Below, piece by piece: positions 56,202 to 64,000 of a stretch of DNA of 64,000 bases. The translations under genes and the position numbers were made by a program. Source of the DNA: Candidatus Altiarchaeota archaeon (GTDB lineage: Archaea; Altiarchaeota; Altiarchaeia; IMC4; SCGC-AAA252-I15). The notes beneath the pieces are model-generated. The model was not told where the DNA came from. It searched no databases and saw only the letters and a program-made list of their open reading frames with translations. Positions within the stretch are counted from its first letter, which is position 1; every line of letters starts with the position of its first letter. The stretch spans positions 21,540 to 85,539 of the forward strand of contig JAZDMS010000003.1 of the NCBI GenBank assembly GCA_043800705.1, read 5' to 3'.

Positions 56202-58220
56202 GTGGCGAAAAGGTTAAAGACTCCCCGAGATACTATTTTACCTTCAATACATTATCTTTCCGTGGCGCGGAAGAAGGCTTCTTGGCTGGTGAGGCTGCTT
56301 GGGGAGACCTCCGGCCAATTGCTGCTCATATCAATCGTCACGTTCGTCGCTTACTCCAATATCCTGCAAAACGGATTCGCATATGACGATTCTGACTTCA
56401 TAGTCGACTGGCAGCTGATACGGGACCCGCAAAACCTGCCGCAGATACTCTCCGGCGCCGTGCCACCGGGCCATGAGGGCGTCTATAGGCCGCTGAGGGG
56501 TGTCTTCTACGTCCTGGATTATTGGCTTTGGGGTCCATCGGCTAAATGGTATCATCTCCAATCCATCCTCATCCACTTGGCCTGCACGATACTCGTCTAT
56601 CTCATCGCCCTGGAAATCGGCGGGAATAAGGCGGTGGCGTTCATGACGTCGCTGGTTTTCGGCGTGCATCCCATACACACAGAATCCATATCCTTCACAA
56701 CCACCAGCCTGGACATTATCGGCGTGGTGTTCTTTTTCACCTCCTTCTACCTGTATCTGAAGGCTTTAAGGGTGAAGAACGCCTCGGCATATCATGCGGG
56801 CTCGGCGATTTTTGCGCTCGCCGCCTTTTTCACATACGAGCTTACATTAACCCTCCCCTTCATGATGCTCCTGCATCATGTCTCTTTCAGGAGGAATAAA
56901 CATAGGGATGGAATCGCAAAATTTGCCCCCTACTTCGCCTCCCTGTCGGCCTATCTCTTCATCAGATTCGTCATCTTGGGGATAACCGGGCGCGGGGCGT
57001 ATTTCGCAGGCAGCTTCTATCATACGATGCTTACGATGGCCAAGGCATTCGCACTCTATGTGCTCTTAACGGCGGTGCCGCTTGGCCTTGCGGTAGAGCA
57101 CATAATACCTGATGGCATATCCTCCCATGTAGGCGCCAATATGAACAGCAACGTCATACTCGCCCAGACGATATTCGACCCGAAAATCATGGCATCCCTG
57201 GCGTTTTTGGCCTTCCTGGCGGCCATCGCCATAAATGCCCTTAAAAAAAATCCGGTCATCTCGTTTTGCATCGCCTGGTTTTTTATCGGATTGTCCCCGG
57301 TCTCCGGCATCATACCACAGCAGGTCATAATGTGCGAGAAATACCTCTATATATCATCATTCGGCTTCTGCCTTCTTTTTTCCCATGGAATACGATGCGG
57401 AATCGACCGTTTTCGAAAAAACCACAAACCGCACATCCGCTCTCTGCTCATTGGTTTTTTCATATTGACCGTATTTGCCCTCTCTTCACTCACTTATTCG
57501 AGAAATCCCGTATGGGCCGACAACCTCGCCCTCTGGTCAAAGACGGCTGAGGACTCGCATGAGAGCGCCTATCCGCTCATAAACCTTGGGCATGCATACC
57601 TGAAGGCGGGAAAGACCGGCCAAGCGGCCAAGGAGACCCAAAAGGCGATCATGCTGAACCCATTCATCGCCGAAGCCCACAACAATCTTGGGGAGGCATA
57701 TCTGCGGGAAGGCAGATACGATATTGCATCGTCAGCATTCGAAAAAGCAATCGGATTGAACCCCAATCTCGTCCGTCTGCATGGGAACCTTGGCAACGCC
57801 TATGCGAGACAGGGGAGATTTTCAGACGCCGCCGAAGAGCTGCAAACCGCCATCCGGATGAATCCAAACATAGCTGAAATACACAACGACCTGGGCAACG
57901 TATATGGGGTTCAGGGAAACCTGGGCCTTGCAGTCTCTGAGTATAACAGGGCAATAGAGCTAAATCCGAACATGGCGGAGGCTCGAAGCAACCTAGGCAA
58001 CGCATACGCCCGACAGGGTGACGTCGACAAGGCCCTGGTCGAGATAAAAAAAGCAATTGGGCTGAATCCAAACCTCCCCCAGGCACACAATGACCTGGGC
58101 AGCCTCTACCGACAGATGGGGCGGAAAGAACAGGCAATTGAGGAATACCACCGAGCGATCGAGATCGACCCAAATTTCACGATAGCCAGAAAAAACCTGG
58201 AAAACCTGGAAAAAGCCTAA
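56202..58220 (+). CDS. TMTC-like GT-C protein glycosyltransferase with C-terminal TPRs
   Basis: FAYDD, YRPL, VHPIHTESI, EKYLY, about 6 TPRs. Confidence 0.88.
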   Translation: MAKRLKTPRDTILPSIHYLSVARKKASWLVRLLGETSGQLLLISIVTFVAYSNILQNGFAYDDSDFIVDWQLIRDPQNLPQILSGAVPPGHEGVYRPLRGVFYVLDYWLWGPSAKWYHLQSILIHLACTILVYLIALEIGGNKAVAFMTSLVFGVHPIHTESISFTTTSLDIIGVVFFFTSFYLYLKALRVKNASAYHAGSAIFALAAFFTYELTLTLPFMMLLHHVSFRRNKHRDGIAKFAPYFASLSAYLFIRFVILGITGRGAYFAGSFYHTMLTMAKAFALYVLLTAVPLGLAVEHIIPDGISSHVGANMNSNVILAQTIFDPKIMASLAFLAFLAAIAINALKKNPVISFCIAWFFIGLSPVSGIIPQQVIMCEKYLYISSFGFCLLFSHGIRCGIDRFRKNHKPHIRSLLIGFFILTVFALSSLTYSRNPVWADNLALWSKTAEDSHESAYPLINLGHAYLKAGKTGQAAKETQKAIMLNPFIAEAHNNLGEAYLREGRYDIASSAFEKAIGLNPNLVRLHGNLGNAYARQGRFSDAAEELQTAIRMNPNIAEIHNDLGNVYGVQGNLGLAVSEYNRAIELNPNMAEARSNLGNAYARQGDVDKALVEIKKAIGLNPNLPQAHNDLGSLYRQMGRKEQAIEEYHRAIEIDPNFTIARKNLENLEKA

Positions 58221-58256
58221 CGCTTATTAATTACCGGCTGGCATTCTAATTAACCG

Positions 58257-59231
58257 ATGATAGTCCTTGGTTTGGAAGGCACGGCACATACTCTGGGCGT
58301 GGGGATAATTGACGGCGGATTCGGGGTTCTCGCCGACGTCCGCAACGCATACAGCCCTGGGTCGGGGGGGATACATCCGAGGGACGCCAGCCAACACATG
58401 AGCGCCGTCATGAGGGAAAGCCTCGACAAGGCGCTCGATGACGCAAGACTGAAGACCGAAGACATTGATCTTATCTCGTTCAGCCAGGGTCCCGGCCTCG
58501 GCCCGTGCCTCAGGACGGTGGCGACTGCGGCAAGGACTCTCTCCATATCCTATGAGAAACCGATCATGGGGGTCAACCACTGCATCAGCCACATCGAGGT
58601 CGGCAGGGTCCTCTCAGGATTCAAGGACCCGCTCATACTCTACGTGAGCGGGGCCAACAGCCAGGTCATCAAGCTCAAGGACGGACGCTACAGGGTATTC
58701 GGGGAGACTATGGACATCGGAGTCGGCAACATGCTCGACAAGTTTGGGCGGGATGCGGGACTCCCCCACCCCGCAGGCCCGAAGATCGAGAAACTCGCAT
58801 CCGACGGCAAGGAATACATCGAGCTCCCATACGTCGTGAAGGGGACTGACATGAGCTTCTCAGGGATACTCACAGCCGCGATGACCCTCCACAGAACGGG
58901 CGTCCGGCTGGAGGATATCTGCTACAGCCTCCAGGAGACATGCTTCAGCATGCTCTGCGAGGTGACAGAGAGGGCCCTCGCGCACCTGAACGCCAAGGAA
59001 GTTCTCCTGGCAGGCGGCGTCGGATACAACAAGAGGCTCCAGGAGATGCTGAGGCTCGTCGCCGAAGAACACGGCGCGGCCTTCGCCCTGCCGGAGGAAT
59101 ACATGGGGGACAACGGCGTCATGATAGCGATGACAGCCCTTAAAATGCACGATGCAGGAATCCGCATGGGCCTCGGGCAGACGCAGGCTATGCCCAACCA
59201 AAGGACAGATGACGTCGACGTGAGATGGTGA
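58257..59231 (+). CDS. kae1: tRNA N6-adenosine threonylcarbamoyltransferase Kae1
   Basis: [38 protein letters not shown]. Confidence 0.96.
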   Translation: MIVLGLEGTAHTLGVGIIDGGFGVLADVRNAYSPGSGGIHPRDASQHMSAVMRESLDKALDDARLKTEDIDLISFSQGPGLGPCLRTVATAARTLSISYEKPIMGVNHCISHIEVGRVLSGFKDPLILYVSGANSQVIKLKDGRYRVFGETMDIGVGNMLDKFGRDAGLPHPAGPKIEKLASDGKEYIELPYVVKGTDMSFSGILTAAMTLHRTGVRLEDICYSLQETCFSMLCEVTERALAHLNAKEVLLAGGVGYNKRLQEMLRLVAEEHGAAFALPEEYMGDNGVMIAMTALKMHDAGIRMGLGQTQAMPNQRTDDVDVRW

Positions 59232-59280
59232 ACTCTGGCAGTCAAGCATGCTTTTAAGCTCTGCCTTGTTATCTTCTACA

Positions 59281-61206
59281 ATGGCCGAAGACAAGCCCGC
59301 GCCCGTTGGCAAGGAGGGCGCACACAAGCCCAATATAGACGTGGCGGACATGAAGAGGTGGGACGACTTCAAGACCACGGACCACATCAAGGTCCCCACG
59401 AAGCTCATTGACCAGGTCATAGGCCAGGGGAAGGCCGTCGACATCATAAAGAAGGCGGCCCGGCAGAGGAGGCACATCCTCCTCATCGGCGAGCCGGGGA
59501 CCGGAAAGAGCATGCTCGCGAACGCGATGGCGGAACTCCTCTCATGCGAGGCCCTCGTCGACATCATAGCAGTCCCCAACCCCGACGACGAGAACAACCC
59601 CAAGATAGCCTACATGCCGGCCGGCGAAGGCCGCAAGATGGTGAAGGCCGAGCGGGAGAAGGAGGCCGGCAACACCAAGGATTCGGGGATGAGGATGCCG
59701 CTGATGCTTTTCGTTTTTTTCTTCCTTCCCCTGATGCTCTACATCCTCGGCATAGTCACTGACGGGATAGTCATAGCAGCAATGATGGCGTTCGGCATAG
59801 TCTTCTTCCTCCTATTCGGAGTCAACATAAAGTTCATGATGGGCGCGCCCAAGAGCATGGCCCCGAGGGTCATCGTCGACAACACGGACCGCAAGATAGC
59901 GCCGTTCTACGACGGGACGGGAGCCCACGCGGGCGCACTCCTTGGTGACATAAAGCATGACCCGCTGCAGAGCGGAGGCCTCGGCACCCCAGCCCATCTG
60001 AGGGTCGTGGCGGGACTCATACACAAGGCCAACAAGGGCGTCCTATTCGTGGACGAGATCGGGACGTTGGGCAACAGCCAGCTGGACCTGCTAACCGCCA
60101 TCCAGGAGAAGCAGCTTGCAATCACGGGACGCAGCGAGATGAGTTCCGGCGCCATGGTCATGACCGACCCGGTGCCGTGCGACTTCATACTCGTCGCATC
60201 AGGCAACATGCAGGCGATAGAGGCCATGCACCCGGCGCTGCGCTCCAGGATACGCGGCTACGGGTACGAGATATTCATGAAGGAGACCATCGAAGACACC
60301 GACGAGAACCGCAAGAAGCTCGTCCAGTTCATCGCCCAGGAAGTCACCAAGGACGGGAAGATTCCCCACTTCACCACCGAAGCGGTTGAGGAGATAATGA
60401 GGGAAGCCAAGAGGAGGGCTGGGACGAAGGACAAACTAACCCTCAAGTTCAGGGAGCTAGGCGGAATCATCAGGGCCGCAGGCGACATAGCCGTCGAGAA
60501 GAAGCACAAATACGTCACCGCAGACGACGTCCTCCTCGGAAAGAAGAGCGCGCGGACGCTCGAACAGCAGGTCGGCGACTACTACCTGGAGCGGAAGAAG
60601 GAATACAACATACTCATCACAGAGGGCTCCAGGATCGGGAGAGTCAACGGACTCGCGGTAATGGGAGAGGGCGGGACCGTCCTGCCCATCGTCGCCGAGG
60701 TCGCCCCTGCGCACAGCCAGAAGAGCGGCATGATAATCGCGACGGGGAAGCTCGGAGAGATTGCCAAGGAGGCGGTGACGAACGTCTCAGCCCTGTTCAA
60801 GAAGATCCTCGGCAAAGACATCTCGAACCACGACATCCACGTCCAATTCCTCCAGACCTATGAAGGAGTCGAAGGGGACAGCGCCTCGGTCAGCGTCGCC
60901 GTCGCCGTCATGAGCGCCCTCGAAAGGATAGGCGTCAGGCAGGACGTCGCCATGACGGGCTCCCTGACCGTGAGGGGAGAGGTCCTGCCAGTCGGCGGAG
61001 TAACCCAGAAGATAGAAGCCGCGATAGAGGCAGGCCTCAAAAAGGTAATAATACCCGAAAGCAACCTAAAAGACGTCCTTCTGGAGAAGAGATACGAAGG
61101 GAAGATAGAGATAGTGACTGCAAGAACCCTCGTCGAAGTACTCAGACACGCCCTAGTCAAGGTAGACCCCCTGATAGAGAAGATGGAAACGGTCCTGGAC
61201 AACTAA
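59281..61206 (+). CDS. lonB: Archaeal membrane-bound Lon protease
   Basis: GEPGTGKS, two TM insert, [24 protein letters not shown]. Confidence 0.96.
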   Translation: MAEDKPAPVGKEGAHKPNIDVADMKRWDDFKTTDHIKVPTKLIDQVIGQGKAVDIIKKAARQRRHILLIGEPGTGKSMLANAMAELLSCEALVDIIAVPNPDDENNPKIAYMPAGEGRKMVKAEREKEAGNTKDSGMRMPLMLFVFFFLPLMLYILGIVTDGIVIAAMMAFGIVFFLLFGVNIKFMMGAPKSMAPRVIVDNTDRKIAPFYDGTGAHAGALLGDIKHDPLQSGGLGTPAHLRVVAGLIHKANKGVLFVDEIGTLGNSQLDLLTAIQEKQLAITGRSEMSSGAMVMTDPVPCDFILVASGNMQAIEAMHPALRSRIRGYGYEIFMKETIEDTDENRKKLVQFIAQEVTKDGKIPHFTTEAVEEIMREAKRRAGTKDKLTLKFRELGGIIRAAGDIAVEKKHKYVTADDVLLGKKSARTLEQQVGDYYLERKKEYNILITEGSRIGRVNGLAVMGEGGTVLPIVAEVAPAHSQKSGMIIATGKLGEIAKEAVTNVSALFKKILGKDISNHDIHVQFLQTYEGVEGDSASVSVAVAVMSALERIGVRQDVAMTGSLTVRGEVLPVGGVTQKIEAAIEAGLKKVIIPESNLKDVLLEKRYEGKIEIVTARTLVEVLRHALVKVDPLIEKMETVLDN

Positions 61207-61313
61207 TAAATCCGTATTTGTTTAGCTGATTTTCTCCGTCTTTGGGTTTTTCTTGTGTTTTTATCATCTAGCGTGAGATGTATTTATCGAGAGTAGCTAC
61301 ATTCTAGCTAAAT

Positions 61314-61451
61314 ATGAAAGAGACAAAGATTCAGTTGACTGGGTTTGAGATGCTGGAAAAGCAAGTCAGCCAAAGCGGCAATAGCGGTCGAGTATATGTG
61401 CCCATTGAATGGGTTGGGAAGAAAGTAAAAATTATTCGTCTTGAAAAATGA
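61314..61451 (+). CDS. DUF2080-family transposon-associated small protein
   Basis: Hand translation MKETKIQLTGFEMLEKQVSQSGNSGRVYVPIEWVGKKVKIIRLEK. Confidence 0.8.
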   Translation: MKETKIQLTGFEMLEKQVSQSGNSGRVYVPIEWVGKKVKIIRLEK

Positions 61452-61471
61452 TGTTCTCCACCTTGACTAGA

Positions 61472-61640
61472 GGAGATATTATATGGAAGTATCAAGGCGA
61501 AAGGAGGAAAAGACATAGCGGAATTGAAGAGGCTGATCAAAGCCGACGAGGCATATCTACACATGGCTTTAGGTTGGCTAGCCCGCGAAGACAAGATAAT
61601 CATAAAAAAGGGCAAGACACTGACGGCAAAACTGAAGTAG
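61472..61640 (+). pseudogene. Frameshifted DUF2582-family winged-helix gene
   Basis: GDIIWKY in one frame, KAKGGKDIAELKRLIKADEAYLHMALGWLAREDKIIIKKGKTLTAKLK* in another. Confidence 0.7.
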
Positions 61641-61716
61641 GAGAGGATGGAGAAAACAACCTCCAATCCCCTTTTTATTTTTATTGAGTCGTCCAAGCGT
61701 CCTATGCCCATATATC

Positions 61717-61920
61717 CTATTTTTTGCCTTCTGTGACGCGTATTTGCCGTGAAATGATTATTATCCTCACCGACAAAAACAGTAACGCCGCAATGGAGAT
61801 GAAAAACATCCAATTAAGAAGGGCGTTTGAGAACACCCAAGCTATCAGAATCACGGCTATGGTCACTGCCAGTATAAGGACCAATATGTTGAGATATTTT
61901 CGCTCTTTTTTCGCATCCAC
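61717..61920 (-). CDS. Small two-TM protein
   Basis: 67 aa, GTG start preceded by GAGGTGG. Confidence 0.55.
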   Translation of the reverse strand: MDAKKERKYLNILVLILAVTIAVILIAWVFSNALLNWMFFISIAALLFLSVRIIIISRQIRVTEGKK

Positions 61921-61983
61921 TTAACCACCTCGGGCCTATATGTGAACCAGCCTTATTAAATACCTCTGTTTGAATATGGTTTT

Positions 61984-62550
61984 ATGAACCAGAAATGCCC
62001 CACCTGCAATACGGAATTAGATCTAGTCCCGATGGGAGCCGCCAAAAATATCTGGCACTCCCCAATGGACCTAGAGAAGGAAAATGAAAAATTGGGGGGG
62101 AAAAATGAAGATCTAGGGCGGGAGCTTCGTAAGTATAAGAATCCGAATACGCCCCCTTTCGCTCATCCTCATCTCAAATCAGACAGTGCGGGAGTTCAAG
62201 CCAAACCGGGAGCACGGAGTGGTGCTCCCACGGGTCATCCTGGCATGACAAGGTCTAAGAAGGAGGCGAATGTAATTCGTCACATTACCTCGGGGGAGTG
62301 TCCTAATTGCCATAGTACAGATGTTAAGGTTTTCCGTAAAAAGCATCAGCAATAGTAAGAGATGCCTCCAGAAATTGAGCTAAAAATCGTTGATATCGTT
62401 CGCGATGTTTGCGAGTGCAACCAATGTCACTTTACGTTCGTCTCAAAGGATTGTGTGGCGCCTATTCATGGCAAATTTGGCATAAATCTTATGGTTCTCG
62501 TAATATTTCTGAAATTCATTGTCCGTGGGGTCTTGCGAAAGACCTCATAA
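61984..62550 (+). pseudogene. IS66-family transposase N-terminal remnant
   Basis: KYKNPNTPP, GAPTGHPG, CPNC, CNQC, GKFGINL; in-frame TAG TAA at 62353-62358; truncated. Confidence 0.75.
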
Positions 62551-62811
62551 CCAGTACACTTCCAAACTGATAAGAAGATACGGGCTCACGTGATGCTATG
62601 CCACCTAGCCTATTTAGTGACAACATGGATAGAAACGAAAATAAATGAGACGGGATTAGACTACACCTCGGGTGCGCTGCATGAATTGCTGGAAAACACA
62701 TACCGAGTCCACATACTGCAAGGCGAAAAAAGAACCCAACACATAAGCTCCCTAACACCAGAGCAAGAAAAGATACTAGACACCTTCAAATGTTTTCATA
62801 ATCCCGGGTAA
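62551..62811 (+). pseudogene. IS1634/IS4-like transposase C-terminal remnant
   Basis: PVHFQTDKKIRAHVMLCHLAY...LTPEQEKILDTF. Confidence 0.7.
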
Positions 62812-62856
62812 AACCTGCGTAAACAAATACATAAACCCCTATTCACCATATATCTT

Positions 62857-64000
62857 GTGCAAACCCGCGGCCAAGGCGCGATGGAGTATCTGCTGAGCTA
62901 TATATGGGTTATATTGCTTGTTATGGCTGTTGGGGTTGCCCTCTACCAGTATGGCCCCCTGAACTATCAAACCTCCGCACCTACCTCGACGGGATTCACC
63001 ACAATCAAGCCCGTACTCGGGTCATGCATCGTCTCAAAGAGCGTCCACAGCGGCGGATTAGAAACACCATACGGCGGATTCGCCTGCCAGATGATGAACA
63101 CTCTCTCCACCCAAATCGTCATTAACGACCTGGATGTTTCCATCGGGGGGAAAAAATGCGCCTACACGATAGCGATGACTTCAAGCGACGTGGATATCAG
63201 CGAATGGAGCGGCATCTACAAATCCAACAGCCTGGACGTATTGTTTCCGTGCATGGGGCCGCAATGTAACCTGGACAGTAAACTTTACATCCAGCCAGGC
63301 TCGAATTTTTTCCTTAAAGGAATCAGTCACCCCGACGAGAACCTGGGGGTCAACGATGGCTGCTGGTGGATCCTTAATCGGACAAACAACGAGTACGACG
63401 ATGTTGAAATAAACCTAGGCTATACGGCCATTCTTGGGGGGAACAAGGTTCAAGGTTCCTCCAACGGAAAAATACGCATATACTCCGAATTGGATGAAGG
63501 CTTCTCAGGTGTAGGATCCACAATCACGACAATATCGACGATTCCTATTTGCGTTTGGCTGACTCTTGCTCCTGGGGTGGGTAGCCCGAATTATACCGTA
63601 ACTGCGGGCATGCCCCACGATTGCAAAGTATGCAATGATTTGGGGTGTTCGGGGGAAAACTGCACCGGGGAGTTTGTCCGCACAGGGAACGGGACCTTCT
63701 TAGCGCCTGTCGCAGGCGGGAATTACACGTATTATGCCTGTCCGGGCTCTCCATCGGCCCAGATCATGGTGACCACAACGACCACAACGACTACGACTAC
63801 GACCACCACGACTACTACGACTATGACCACAACGACTACAACAACGACTACGACTACTACGACTGCTACTACGACTACTACGACTACTACTACTACTACT
63901 ACGACTATGACTACAACGACTACTACGACTACTACGACTATTACGACTACTACGACTGCTACTACGACGACTACTACTACGACGACTACTACTACGACTA
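62857..64000 (+). CDS. Class III signal-peptide (archaeal pilin-like) surface protein with poly-Thr stalk, runs off window
   Basis: Hand translation MQTRGQGAMEYLLSYIWVILLVMAVGVALY; frame open to 64000. Confidence 0.85.
   Translation, partial: MQTRGQGAMEYLLSYIWVILLVMAVGVALYQYGPLNYQTSAPTSTGFTTIKPVLGSCIVSKSVHSGGLETPYGGFACQMMNTLSTQIVINDLDVSIGGKKCAYTIAMTSSDVDISEWSGIYKSNSLDVLFPCMGPQCNLDSKLYIQPGSNFFLKGISHPDENLGVNDGCWWILNRTNNEYDDVEINLGYTAILGGNKVQGSSNGKIRIYSELDEGFSGVGSTITTISTIPICVWLTLAPGVGSPNYTVTAGMPHDCKVCNDLGCSGENCTGEFVRTGNGTFLAPVAGGNYTYYACPGSPSAQIMVTTTTTTTTTTTTTTTTTMTTTTTTTTTTTTTATTTTTTTTTTTTTMTTTTTTTTTTITTTTTATTTTTTTTTTTTT
63772..64000 (+). repeat. (ACN)n trinucleotide tract encoding about 76 mostly Thr residues
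   Basis: ACT/ACG/ACA/ACC codons read directly. Confidence 0.95.

Overview
Gene-dense archaeal chromosome segment, GC-rich with several lower-GC patches. Marker genes are Hef, HerA, aIF6, Trm5, archaeal MtaB, PriL, EndA, Kae1, LonB, form III RuBisCO and a class III signal-peptide pilin-like gene; the gene style suggests a Ca. Altiarchaeota/DPANN-type organism, which is inference only. Housekeeping genes (also pheA, chorismate mutase, nadM, ribL, purD, hisB) are interleaved with orphan ORFs, two toxin-antitoxin pairs, a probable cobalamin ECF uptake module and three GT-C-type membrane glycosyltransferases. Four structures stand out. (1) Three head-to-head degenerate 7-bp repeat arrays, (CRGTYYT)n then (GRAGACN)n: two sit in-frame inside conserved genes (hef and an FNR-like reductase) and share an identical 44-bp core read in different frames, and the third fills a convergent intergenic gap. 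(2) A 5,166-bp IS66-family element with 14-bp terminal inverted repeats, an 8-bp target duplication and five passenger genes. (3) A 953-aa orphan with tandem ~100-aa repeats fused to a PD-(D/E)XK-like motif, near a structured non-coding region. (4) A frameshifted secreted transglutaminase-domain gene and a patch of transposase remnants near the right end. No rRNA, tRNA or CRISPR array was recognised. All family calls come from reading motifs by eye; no database search was run.
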